DNA of 64,000 nucleotides, taken from the NCBI RefSeq assembly GCF_009914755.1, contig NC_060925.1; one strand, given 5' to 3'. This document shows, piece after piece, positions 43,110 through 56,410 of the stretch. A program made the translations under genes and the position numbers. The notes below the pieces were generated by a model. The model was not told where the DNA came from, did no database searches, and saw only the letters and a list, made by a program, of their open reading frames with translations. How positions within the stretch are numbered: the first letter of the stretch is position 1; each line of letters opens with the position of its first letter. The DNA is from the human T2T-CHM13v2.0 reference genome, Homo sapiens.

Positions 43110-43800
43110 AATGGCATATCACATCTAGAGAGGCAGGGAGAGCCACGTCATGCTGGGCTCTGTAGGATGGGAGGGAATTTTTACAACAGTGTATCATGAA
43201 ACACTGATGATTTATTTAGAAAAGAGACATCACTCGATTTACATTTTAAGATCACTCTGGCTGCTTTACAAAGTATAGATGGTGGTTTGACAAAAACGAA
43301 AGCAGGGAGACCAGTTATAAATTATCTAAGCAGGTGATTTGAACTAAGATGGTGGCAATGGAGATGGGGAGAAGTGAATGGATTAAAGATATTGCTTGGA
43401 GATAGATATGACAGAATGTACTGATGAACTGGATATGAGGGAAGAGGAAAAAAAAGAAATTGACTCCTAGGTTTTTAGCTTGAGCAACTGGATGGAGACT
43501 GGTGCCATTTCCTGTGATGGGAAAACATGTAGGGGCATGAGGTGGGGGCAGGGGATGGAATGGGAGCAGAGATTAATGGTTCTATTTAGTATATGTGAAG
43601 TTTAAGACTTAGTCATCCAAGTGAAGATGTCAAATCAGTGGTTGGCTCTACTGGAGCACACAGGAGAGTGCAGGTGGGAACACACATGTAGGAGTCATTG
43701 GCACATAAATGAATGAAATCAATGACGGAATCTGTGTGGATGGAAAAGGGGAGAACCAAGTCCTGACACAGGGTTCCCTCTCTGCTGTTTGAGTGAAGAT
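43110..43800 (-). mobile_element. L2 fragment
   Basis: 'ttttaagatcactctggctgct..gcagggagaccagtt..ggtttttagcttgagcaactgg'. Confidence 0.75.
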
Positions 43801-46800
43801 GGAACATTACAGGGCCCCTTGGGGACATAAAATACCCATGGGGGACATTGTGAACAGGATTTCAACATGAGGTAGGAAATTAGACAAAGTGACTTCCCAG
43901 TCCTGAGCTTCTAAATTTCTTTCTTCCCAAAGTCCAATCTGGATGCGTAATCTTTCTCACAGCGCCCACATTTTTAGTTATTGTGAGTCACTAAAGAGTT
44001 AGTAATGGTTTTAGAGCATGGTGATGTGCCTGCTGACTGTTTGGGGATATTCCAAGTGGCTGTGATACTGTAACTATGACATTTACATGAATGACTTCAA
44101 CGCAGTCCTGTGGTCCCTAGAATACCCTAACAGCTGTACTCCTATCCATCAGTTCATCCCTGATGGCTTCCTCCATGAACCAAAGAGAGGCATCCCTAAT
44201 CCTATGAATTCCTGGACATCTGTTTCATATGCTCTTTTCTTCCTGCCCTTAAAAAACGCCCTGAGAGCTATGTTTCATGTTTGATATTTTCAAAAGAATA
44301 TAAGCTGTCTCAGATCATTGGCCAAATCCTGTGGAATCAGGAGCATGCTTTTCTTGTGACTACATATTACTTTTAATTTTTCTATTGGAAGTCAGTTCAA
44401 TAGAGAGAAACATGCCAAAAATGTAAATAAGAAAATGCTTTGCCATTCAAAATGTATTTAACTGCCCAGAACAGTCCAATCTCAGGCCAACCCAACGGTA
44501 CCTGGAAACCAGATCCTTCCAGCAGGGCTGGTGATTAATGTGCTACAGGATGCATTTTGTGCTTTCTCCAGAGAGGTTCCTCATGTTGATCCCTTGCCAT
44601 AGAAAGGTGCAAATCACCAGTGATTCCCACACATCCTTATCCCATAGACTTTGGCTCCAACCAGCAAGCAAAGCTGCCTTCTGAGAATTTTTGCTCATCC
44701 AATCCTACTACTCAAAATGAAAACTTCTAGGAAACTAGATTTATCCTCTAAAGGTTCAGCTAATTGTCCGCATTTAAATTGTGCTCAAATGGAAGCGGTA
44801 ATTCTCTACACTTGCTGAGGCAGAATATGTATGAATGTAAACTCACTGTAAATAAAGCAACCAATTTCCTTGAGCTTCTTAAGGAGAAGACTAATTTGGT
44901 GACCCAAATTGTGAGGAAGAGTGTTGTTGGTTTGAAGACCTCGGAGTAGGAAGGCCTGGTGACTGTGTCTTTCTCTGGGCCTTTTTATTTCCAGCCGATG
45001 CTACACCATCATCTTATACATTTTTGTCAGGTCTGTGTGTCTGTACCTTTTCTAATTCTGTGCTAAGTATATTTAAGTAATCTCCATGTAATGCTAACAT
45101 TTTTAAAAAATGTTTGTTCCCTTTACTTTTCATCCCTTATCTTACCTCTCATATCTTATCTCATTGGATAAGCTCATCAAAATAGATCCCATGTCTGCTA
45201 TGCTACAGTCTACCTCTGGCTGCCGAAAGGTCAGACAGGTATGGAGAGGATTCTGGGACGATGGTAGCAGAGGCAGTGTCGTTTTTCCATTCTGTCTATA
45301 TTCCTACATTAAAATAAAGCAACTAAATAGCAAAGACAAAAGCCCAGGAACATTTGTAACAAAACCCGATGAAAATATATTCCCGGCACCCCAGAATACA
45401 GACCACCAGCAAGCCACAGGGCCTGCCTGGTGTCTGTGGGGGAAAGAAAGAAGCAATGATGGACCCAGTGTTGGCAGTGACTGAGGGAACTGAGAACAAA
45501 AGGACCCAAAATTGCCATCAGGAATTCCCAGGAAAGAACAGAGTACTTTAAGAAGCACGCTAAAACTGGATGGGGTTCTGCTGACTCCAATACCAGGTCA
45601 GTGTAAGAGGCTCAGGGCAAGAAGGACTGAAGGATCCAGAGCCTTCGAGCCCTATGGACACTAGAAACTGGCCCAGCAGAGCTCCCTCCTGGGATGGGGC
45701 CCACACTGAGGAGGGGCTGCTGGGATGAGGTCAGAATTGAGCAGGATGGGGACAAACAGAAAGGAAGAAAAAATAAATTCCAGACCAAAGCCAGGGAGGG
45801 AGATAGAGCCAGGAAATCCCAGAAAGCAAGCTGCCATTTACATAAACTATCAGAAAAAAAAAAACAGAAGAGGAAGCTCAGTGGAGCTAGCATGACTTTC
45901 CTGAGCCCCATCTCATTCAAAAAGTTTAGAAAAATCAATTTCACAGGAAAATGAGCATGAGAAAAATATTAAAGTAAAATCCCAGGCTAAGTTATTATAA
46001 GAAAAAGGAACCCAAGGGGCAGAATAAAAACTCTACACAATGAAAGTGTGACGGAAAAATGTGCCCACAAATTGAACAAAACTGAAACCTGGCATTTCAA
46101 AATGGTAGAAAATTATATAAGATGTGAAAAAAAAAACCATAAACCAGAATTAGCAAAACTCAGAAATGAGGAAAGAGTTCAAAATAAAAGAAAAAGTCAT
46201 TTCAAAAATTAAGATTAAACTAGAAGAAACTCAAGAGCATATAAACGTAGCGTCGTGCCTTAAGAGAAATAAAAGGTAAAAAGGATTCTAAAAGTTAAAA
46301 GAAATGAAATGATTTTTACAAAGTGAGAGAAACTGACAAATATTGAAGATGGGCAAAAAGATCAAACATACAGCTCATAGTAGTTCCTTACAGGATTAAA
46401 AACCCCACAAAATCCAAAGCAATGGAACAAAACAAATACTGAAAACTATAATTCAAGAAAACTTTCCAGAAATAAAGAAAAATTGAAATTGCATATTTAA
46501 AGAGCATTTTATACCTTAAGGGATTTCTGTTTGCCGTATGGTTGATCGTTTTGCCCACCTTCAATATTTGTCACCTTCTCTCCCTTTTTTTTTATCATTT
46601 CATTTCATTTTAACTTTTAGAATATCTGAGAATAATAACCCCCAAATGACCAAGACCCAGATATTTTCTTGTAAAGTTATGGGAGTTTAGAGAAAAGAAA
46701 AAAATTTATTTGACACATAGGAAAAAAAAGTGTATATGATTTTTTTAAATGAAAGAAAAAAGATAATCAATTTTTTGACAGCAGTGCTAAAAGAAAATGG

Positions 46801-46807
46801 AGTAACA

Positions 46808-47655
46808 TTATTATTATTATTGTTATTATTATTATTATTATTATTATACTTTAAATTCTGGGATACATGTGCAGAACGTGCAGGTTTGTTACATAGGAAT
46901 ACACGTGCCATGGTGGTTTGCTGCACTCATTAACCCGTCATCTACGTTAGGTATTTCTCCTAATGCTATCTCTCCCCTAGCCTCCCATCCACTGACAGGC
47001 CCCGGTGTTCCCCTCCCTGTGTCCATGTGTTCTCATTGTTCACCTCCCACCTATGAGTGAGAACATGCAGTGTTTGGTTTTCTGTTCCTGTGTTAGCTTG
47101 CTGAGAATGATGGTTTCCAGCTTCATCCATGTCCCTGCAAAGGACATGAACTCATCCTTTTTTATGATTGCATAGTATTCCGTGGTGTATATATGCCACA
47201 TTTTCTTTATCCATTCTATCATTGATGGGCATTTGGGTTGGTTCCAAGTCTTTGCTATTGTGAACAGTGCTGCAATAAATATACGTGTGCATGTGTCTTT
47301 ATAGTAGAATGATTTATAATCCTTTGGGTATATACCCAGTAATGGGATTGCTGGGTAAAATGGTATTTCTGGTTCTAGATCCTTGAAAAATCGCCACACT
47401 GTCTTCCACAATAGTTGAACTAATTTATACTCCCACCAACAATGTAAAAGCGTTTCTATTTATCCACATCCTCTCCAGCATCTGTTGCTTCCTGACTTTT
47501 TAATGATCCCCACTCTAACTGGCGTGAGATGGTGTCTCATTGTGGCTTTGATTTGCATTTCTCTAATGACCAGTGATGATGAACTTTTTTTCATATGTAT
47601 GTTGGCAACATAAAATTTCATGTTTGTTGGTCTTCTTTTGAGAAGAGTCTGTTTA
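46808..47655 (-). mobile_element. L1PA7/8-like 3' end with (TTA)n tail
   Basis: L1 3'UTR plus ORF2 C-terminal remnant (ORF 47040-47411). Confidence 0.93.
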
Positions 47656-47893
47656 ACCTGCTCAAGTAAAGGAAGTGTCATCCTAGGATTTTATATCAAG
47701 TCTAAAGGACATCCACTCTTATCAACATGCAAAAACTCAAGGAATATTGTTCTCATGAACACTTCCTAAAGAATCTTCTGGAAACCAAGCTTCAGACAAT
47801 CACATGACTAGAGAGACCCTAATAGTAAGAACTGGTGTGGAGCATTACAGTAAGTGGGGCAGGCTCAGACAGTATAGTGTATCTGTGCTCTCA

Positions 47894-48065
<172 letters not shown>

Positions 48066-48239
48066 ATGGGGGAAGAACAAGGAAAGCACATACCAAAATA
48101 TGTTAATGCTTTCAGTTATCATGTAGGTGGTAGTATTAGGGGTGTTATTCAGAGGCTGTTGAGTAACATAAAACAAATGAGCAATTATGATATACTGTAT
48201 TTTAGTTGTTTTCCTGGTGTCTTTGAAAACTCACATTCT

Positions 48240-48862
48240 GGCTGGGCACAATGGCTCACACCTGTAATCCCAGGATTTTGGGAGGCAGAGGTGGGCAGAT
48301 CACTTGAGCCTAGGAGTTTGATACCAGCCATGGGCAACATGGCAAAACCCCATCTCCACTAAAAATACAAAAACTAGCTGGGTGGGGGCCGGACGCAGTG
48401 GCTCACGCCTGTAATCCCAGCACTTTGGGAGGCTGAGGCGGGCGGATCACGAGGTCAGGAGATCGAGACCATGCTGGCTAACCCCGTCTCTACTAAAAAT
48501 ACAAAAAATTAGCCGGGCATGGCGGCAGGCGCCTGTAGTCCCAGGTACTCGGGAGGCTGAGGCAGGAGAAGGCGTGAACCCAGGAGACGGAGCTTGCAGT
48601 GAGCCGAGATCACACCACTGCACTCCAGCCTGGGCAACAGAGCGAGACTCCGTCTCAAAAAAAAAAACAAAAAACAAAAAACTAGCTGGGTGGGGTGGTA
48701 TATGCCTGTAGTCCCAGCTACTTAGGAGGCTGAGGTGGGAGAAGTAAAGCAGAAAGTGACAAATGAGCTCAGGAAGTAGAAGCTGCAGTGAGCTGTGATT
48801 ACGCCACAGCACTCCAGCCGGAGCGATAGAGTGAGACCCTGTCTCAAAAAAAGAAAAGAAAA
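48240..48862 (+). mobile_element. AluJ split at its linker by an AluY
   Basis: Left arm 48240-48386, right arm 48695-48862; TSD gaaaactcacattc. Confidence 0.9.
48387..48676 (+). mobile_element. AluY nested in AluJ
   Basis: 18-bp TSD aaaaactagctgggtggg at 48369-48386 and 48677-48694. Confidence 0.95.
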
Positions 48863-49489
48863 CTCACATTCACAGGGCACAGGAAAGGAGCTCAGATGTA
48901 ATGGGGGAAGTTAAGCACACACCCTAATGTCTTGGAATTGAATTGGAAATCTCAATATGAACTCATAAAATATTTTATGTATGTGTCCATCTATCTATTG
49001 GCATACAAATATTTCTTAGTTCAACTGCCAATCCAGTAGCAGTGAGCATTCCTCACCCACTAATAGAAACCAACCCTTCTTGGAGAAACAGTTGCTTCCA
49101 AGTCTAAGCCGGAAATGTGTAAGATGAGCCTGGGATCTCTTATAATACCAGGGAGCCGGGAAGTTATCAGAGGCCACAGGGGTCAGGCAGGGGAGCACAA
49201 ATTTGATGTCTGGCATTCTCCTTCCCCCAATAGTTTAAATAGTTATCATAACTAAAATTTTAAAAATCAAATACGTGTCAGAATTCCTTACATTTACTTT
49301 TGATCAGCAAATGTTAATAATGTAGGCATGGGATGCCACCATAATCTTTTTAGTAGTTAGTATTTCTAAAGGTTTTACTCCAGCCTCCTTCAGGCCTACC
49401 CAAGAGCCCTCCTTGATCCAGAATTTAGAGGCTCCTGCCTGATGTAATGACAAAAGAAATCCACCAGGGGGAGAGATAAGCAAGTATGT

Positions 49490-49803
49490 AAATCATCCAT
49501 CTATATCCGGGGGCGATTTGACTCCAGGACTCCCAGAGATACCAAAATTCCAGGATGCTCAAGTCTCTTAGGCAAAATGATGTGTTATTTGTATATAACC
49601 TATGCACATCCTCCATATACCTGAAACCATCTCTAAATTACTTATAATACCTAACACAATGTAAATGCTATGTTAATAGTTGTTATGCTGTATTTTTTAC
49701 TTCTATTATTATTTATTGTTATTTTTCTTTTTTGTTCAAATATTTTCAATCCGTAGTTGGTTGAATCTGTGTATGCAAACTCGTGGATACAGAGGGCTGA
49801 TTA
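49490..49803 (+). mobile_element. MER2-family MITE
   Basis: 'ccaggactccc..gataccaaaat..ggatgctcaagtc..acttataatacctaa..gttggttgaatc..ggatacagagggc'. Confidence 0.8.
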
Positions 49804-49991
49804 CATAGGGGGAGAATTGATTTATCTGCTTTGTTTCATTGTTTTAAGACAATTTTATTTGAGAGAGAAATATTACTTTGGGACAGATTGTCTAATAAAG
49901 GTTTCTACTGGGACTGGTTTCTTAGCCCCTTCTTTTAAAGGATGTTGATAAACTTCCATGTCCTTCTAAGTGAAAACTGCTATTCACCTGA

Positions 49992-50154
49992 TTATTATTA
50001 TTATTATTATTATTATTTTTGAGAGACAAAGTCTTACTGTTTTGCCCAGGCTGCAGTACAGTGGCACAATCTTGGCTCACTGCAACTTCTGACTCCCGGG
50101 TTGAAGCGATTCTCCTGCCTCAGTTTCCCAAGTAGCTGGGACTACAGGCGTGCC
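49992..50154 (-). mobile_element. Alu right-arm fragment with (TTA)n tail
   Basis: Ends abruptly at 'ctacaggcgtgcc'. Confidence 0.88.
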
Positions 50155-51030
50155 TTAAAAGATTTTAGAATACCTATATTAAACCAGAACAATTAAAATA
50201 TTGTTAAAATAATGTTACTACCTAAATATACACAGTTTAATGGAAAGGAATAGAAAGTAAGGGATCTAATGACATATAAGAATTAAATGAATGCTAACAA
50301 TTGCCTGAAAAATTATTGGGGAAAGGATGGATTATTCAAAGATAGGAGAGTTAGAACTCTACTTCACACAATATACCAAAAAAAAAACCCCAAAAACAAA
50401 AACCAATAGGGTGGAGTAATTTTTAAATGTAAAAAATAATATTCAATTACTATAAGAAAATATGTTCCATATTTATATATTCTTTTGGTCAGTAAGACTT
50501 TTCTAAACATGATACCAAATGTTGAAGCCATTAAAAATATACTGATAAATATATCTGTCTAAAAACTTGAACTTCTATTTGGTGAGGAATACCAAAAAGA
50601 AAATTAAAAGGTAAACAACAAATTGGAAAAATTATCTATAACATATACAAATCAAAAGTTTATACTTTTAATATATGAAAAGGTTTCAAAAATAAGACAA
50701 AGAACCACCAATGAACACATTAAACATATTTCAAGTTAACAATGTCATGGATAAAAAAAATTAACAATGTCAAGAAATAGAACAAAGGTGATAATTTTTT
50801 CCACATTGGATTGGAAAAGATTAAAAAGAACAGTAATACTCGGAGTCTGGGAGAATGTGGTAAAGTTGAAAATCATACATTATTGGCGCAATTACAAATT
50901 GGTACGACCTCTCTGGAAGATAATTCCGCGATACGGCTGAAGCCTTTGTAAAGTGCACACACTGTAACCCCGCAGTACCACTTCGAGAAATGTACCCAAA
51001 AGCGATCATCGAGTATGCGATATGGTGCAC
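50155..51030 (+). mobile_element. Ancient L1ME ORF2 fragment
   Basis: Degenerate A-rich ORF2 text ('ggggaaaggatggattattcaa', 'aagacttttctaaacatgatacc'). Confidence 0.6.
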
Positions 51031-51044
51031 AAAAACGTTCAGGA

Positions 51045-51742
51045 TTAAAAGACAGATAATGTTGGTGAGGATGAGGAGTCGTAACTGTCATGCATTGCTG
51101 ATGGAAACGGAAAACGGTAAAGACACTTTGGGAAACAGTTGAGCAGTTCCTCAAAAAGCTACAGTTACTTAGAAAAAAGTTTAACTTAGAGAACTCTAAG
51201 GGCCTTAGGTGTATATTCAAGAGAAATGAAAACATATACCCACAAAACAATCTTGTATAGGAGTGTTCAGAGCAGCATTATTCATCATAGCCAAAAAGTA
51301 GAAATACCCCAGATCTCCATTAACTGATGAATAAATAAACAAAATGTGATATATCCATACTTTTTATTAAGTAATAAAAAGAAATGAAGTACCGATACAT
51401 GATACAACATGAATGAACCTTGAAAATATGATGATAAGTGAAAGAAGTCTGTCACAAAAGGGCACATGTTGTATAACACCATTTAAATGAGGTGTCCAGA
51501 TTAGGTAAGCGCAGAGAGACAGCAAGTAGATTAGTAGTTGCCTAGGGTTGAGGAGGGTGGGAAATAGAGAGTGAATGCTAACGGGTACAGAGATTTTGGG
51601 AGGAGATGATAAAAATGTTATAAAATTTATTACGGTGGTGATGGTACAACTCCATAATTATGCCAAAAACCGTTGAAGTGTGCACTTTAAGTGGATGAAT
51701 TGTATAGTATGTATCTTATATCTCAATAAAACTGTAATTTTT
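51045..51742 (+). mobile_element. L1MB-type 3' end
   Basis: 'gcagcattattcatcatagccaaaaagtagaaa..atgaaccttgaaaa..tatatctcaataaa'; TSD-like aacgttcaggat/gatgttcagaat. Confidence 0.85.
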
Positions 51743-51794
51743 AAGATGTTCAGAATGATACTCTTAACAATAGGGGAAAAATCTGTATGTTTTA

Positions 51795-52050
51795 CCTCCT
51801 CCCTGCTACCACGTAATCCAAGCCATCATCATCTCATCCTTAGATTATTGCAATGACCTCTTAGCTCGTTTTTCTTTTTTATATTCTCATCTCCTGCAGT
51901 CGACTTTCCACGCAGCAGTCGGAGTGACCCTTTTAAACATAAGCCAGATCACGCTGCTGCGCTGCTCAGAACCGTCCGTGGACTCCTACCTCGTGCAATA
52001 GCCACTGGGCACTAGTGGCCTGGCGATTACCTCTCTGACATCATCTTCTA
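51795..52050 (+). mobile_element. L2 fragment
   Basis: 'aatccaagccatcatcatctc..gattattgcaatgacctc..gagtgacccttttaaacataagccagatcac'. Confidence 0.7.
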
Positions 52051-52859
52051 CTTTGGTGTATATTTAACATATTTCCATATTAATAATTAAAAAAAAGAAG
52101 GAAAGGACCCAATTTTATTGAGTTAATTTACATGAGGACGCAATTCTGAAAACACAGTGCAAGCATGGTTGTTTTCTCTCGGGAAAGATTTTGTTTTCAG
52201 CATCCATGTCTTCACACGGCACTTGAGCAAGGTGGCGGGGCCCATTTCCTTTGCACATTGTATTCTCCTTGTACTCTGGGTTTTTGAATCATTAACCTCA
52301 TTGGCTGGCACTTACAGTACATGCAAAGCTGCTGGTGGCTCACGTGCAGAAACTTGATGAAGCACTTAATTCTTAATTTTATATTGTTCTGCATTCAGAC
52401 CTGATCATGACATTTCTTCACCAGAAATAACTCTGTTGAAAGGAGGAAAAACAGGAAAGTATTTCAGGAGGCATGTTGTTTGACTTTTTTTTCTTTTGGT
52501 ACATACGTCAATATTTTGTGATTTTCCATACTTCCCAATAAAATGGCCTCTGAAACCTTGCAGGTGTATTGACTCTTAGCTTGTTTCACAGCCATTTATG
52601 AGTCGATTCAGCCAGTCATCTACTTCCGGGACTCATCTTCACTAAATCATGACTTTAACTTTAGCCTCTCCTTTGTTTCTGGGGTTGAGAAGTGATGGTT
52701 CAGATTTCAAACAAGATTCTTGTTTCTTGCATTTGGACCTAATGTGGGTGAGGGAATAACTTCATTTTCTCCATTCCGTTAAATCGTGTTAGTCCTGCAA
52801 GCCATCTTATTGCTTCTAACTAATCTGCATAATTATTTCTACTAACAGAATTACCTAAA

Positions 52860-53352
52860 AATAGTTTTAATTGCTTTCCTTGTTGCAAAACTAATACATA
52901 TCTATTGTAAAAAACTTCAGAAGATATGAATAAGCAAAGTTATCTATAACTTTACCCCAACAATGGGATAGTTGTCTATCCTTTCAATACTTATAGTTTT
53001 GCTTACATTAAAAATTGAGTTATTTTCTATAATACTTTATTATTTCTTCACTGAAAAATAAATACATATTGAATACTTTCTGCCACATATTTTTACATCA
53101 TAGACATTTCTATATCATTTTTCATCACTGTCTAGTATTTGTTGGTGTGGACATACTATAATCTACTATAATCTCCTATCATTGGGTATTTAGTTTCTAG
53201 TTTTTCATGATCATAAGGAAGCTTTGTTATAAACATTCTTCTGGTTTAATATTTGCATACCTTCATGATTTCCCTAGTATCAACTCCTAGACATGGAATT
53301 GGTTGTCAAAAAGCATGTGCATATTTAAGACGTTCCCTGTATTTTGCCAAAT
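52860..53352 (-). mobile_element. Ancient L1ME 3' fragment
   Basis: Degenerate reverse L1 3' text ending 'gcatatttaa..tattttgccaaat'. Confidence 0.5.
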
Positions 53353-53891
53353 AATTCATTCTCTTTGTATTTTGTCAAGTACATTACCTGTGGTGGACAA
53401 AAGATCTGAGAACAGTGAACTAAGAAATATATGTAATCACTGCTTTATAAGATATTAGAAAAGAACCCTCCCTTTTTTGTGCTTTATAGATAAGAAAACT
53501 AATGAACAAAGGAGATTTTTCCCCATAGTAGACCATACTTTTATGAAATAAATAATAAAGATATTTAGAGTTTTTTGTTGATCTGTTGAACTTTGGAACA
53601 ATGTTTCACTATTTTTTTAATGGAACCCACTTTTGCTTCATACCAGGACTGCATGGGATCTCTAATACCCAGAGCATTATAGATGTTATAGAATTTTCTC
53701 AGTGCAAGACTCTTCACACACACGAATGTGAAGTTTGTGGAAGATGTGCAACATGTTTAAGATGAACATTTACTAACTGAGACCTAAACCCACGCATGCC
53801 ATTCTCAGTATTTCTAAGAAACTAACCCTTGCCAAGGAAAACAAGCAGTAAGAAGACCTACTGGCACTTCAGACACTTAAGAACCTACATA

Positions 53892-54233
<342 letters not shown>

Positions 54234-55104
54234 TTACAAACTGGAGCCATCAATGTCTCACCCCCTTTGGTCACCCTCTTTGTAATCTCATAATCAAAAT
54301 TTTGTTTCACATCTGGAATTTTCCTTCTAGAGTGTAATTTGTAGGCAAGGGATTCATCCATGCCTTCATTCCCTCACTCATTCAGTTGTGTATTTACCCT
54401 CATGGTCTAGGTGGGGATGCTAAAAATAATCACTACACAATCATGGCAGAAATGACCTGAAAAGTATACCTTTATCAGGCCCTTTGTGTCTGGACTAATT
54501 TCTCGTAAGATTTTAGACCTGTATATGTTGCAGGAATCACTGGTGCCAAAGACCTACTTGAGGACAATGGGGCATAGAGAAGTTAAAGAGACACAGAGGA
54601 CATTTTTCATGCACTCAAACCTGCCTCCTTCATTTACTAGGATCATTAATATCTGTTGATAGGATTTGGATTCAAGGATAAAGTCCTATATTTCTCCATC
54701 AAGGGCCCAGCCTCACACCATATAGGCTAATGGCAATTGCCATGAAAACTCAATATCCTCACTAAGCATACATGATTATCTTTGAGGACAGAAATATATA
54801 GCAGGCCTACACATAACAATTTTAAAAATAGCACCCCTGCTCTTCTTCCACTGCCGTTAATGTTGAAGTTTCAGGCCAGCATCAACCCAGGAGCCATGAA
54901 GGACTCAGGGCTGTACTTGCAAGAAAGTTAGAGAAGACCCAGGCAGCACAACAGCGTTGTTGGAGACAAGGCTGTTCCAGTCTTTTGCTATAGGAGCAAC
55001 AGTGGCTCTGGAACTCAAGGCCTCAACTCCAAAGGTGAAGCTAATGGCTCCACCTCTGTCCAGGGAGAACCTAGAGACTTCACTTGTGGACTTCCCCTTT
55101 GAGT

Positions 55105-55230
55105 TGGGTTAAATATGGATCACCCAAGCCAGGGTACAAGAAGTGTCAGAAAGACACTATTCCTATTACGCCAGGACAATAAGCACAGGCCAGGACTGTC
55201 CAGGGCAACCCAGGACATATGGTCACTCTA
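55105..55230 (+). mobile_element. MER94-like hAT-Blackjack MITE
   Basis: 'attacgccaggacaa..ccaggactgtccagggcaacccaggacatatggtcactct'. Confidence 0.65.
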
Positions 55231-55744
55231 CTTACAGTGGTCCCCAAGTCTTCTTGAGGCTCTTGGTCCCAGCTAACCAAGAGCATCAGGAAGCACTGAG
55301 CCCCTTGTTAACCCAAATGATTGACTAGCCAACAGTCCTAGTCCCATCTTCATGAGACCCTATGGCTTTCGCTGCAGCTGTTCTCTGCTCTGTGAGGCAA
55401 CTTTAACCCAAGTGTACATGTCATGCATATTGGACACACATCAAAGCTGAAGCACAGTTATCACTTATAAAATTGGGTATCTTTTCTCTTTGTGTGGATC
55501 AACATCTGTCTTTGTCAACAATGCCATGTATGTCATCCATAAAATGCTAAATTAATAGGGTCAGGCTCTTCCTCCATCTCTCTTGGATCCAGGCTTTCCT
55601 GCTTCTCTCCATTTCTGTGACCCTCAGTGACGATGGCCCAGGCTCCAGACACTGCAGCTGCTTTGTAGTGTCACCCTGCTCTCAGCACTCACCTTCCACT
55701 CATACTGTCATTCTGCACTCAACAGGAAGAATTACCAGCCTTGG

Positions 55745-55990
55745 TTCAGTTACTTTTTGTGATTTACTCTGTGCCAGCCACTAGGCTAAGTGTTTTCACT
55801 TGTTGTCTCACTTATCTCACAATGGCCTTCCGAGGTAGGCAGTATTATGATCCCAACTTTACAGATGGAGGAAAGAAGCATAGAAATGTGAAGTACCTTG
55901 CTCGAGATCAAATTGGTAGTAGATTCTGGGGCGAGGATTTTAATCCAAATCTGTCTTTCTGCAGAGGTTGATGCTACACTGCACTTAGAG
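55745..55990 (-). mobile_element. MIR
   Basis: 'tattatgatcccaactttacagatggaggaaa..gaaatgtgaagtaccttgctc'. Confidence 0.75.
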
Positions 55991-56073
55991 CTACACTATG
56001 CTGCTTCCCATCTTTTTGGCAAATTATGCCTCTTCCTGGGCTCTTCTAGTGACTATCCATCAAAACTCCTTGA

Positions 56074-56410
56074 GGCCAGGCACAGTGACTCATGCCTGTA
56101 ATCCCAGCTCTTTGTGAGGCCAAGGCAGGCAGATCACTTGAGCCCAGGAGTTTGAGACCAGGCTGGAGAAACCCCATCTCTACAAAAAATACAAAAATTT
56201 TCCAGTTGCTAGCAGCTGGAAAATGTAAAACAAAAAATACGTATATAAAACTTAGCGAGGTGTGGTGGCATGCACCTGTTGTCTTAGCTACTAAGGAGGC
56301 TGAGGTGGGAGGATCACTTGAGCCTGGGAGGTTGAAGCTGCAGCGAGCTGTGATCGTGCCACTGCACTACAGCTTGGGTGACAGAGTGAGACCCCATCTC
56401 AAAAAAATAT
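56074..56410 (+). mobile_element. AluJ with non-Alu insert in its linker
   Basis: Two arms separated by about 50 extra bp, including a palindrome at 56197-56224. Confidence 0.9.

Noticed and set aside
48460-48490. AluYd subfamily assignment
   Set aside because: The deletion is 10 bp (cacggtgaaa), not the 12-bp deletion I recall as diagnostic for AluYd.
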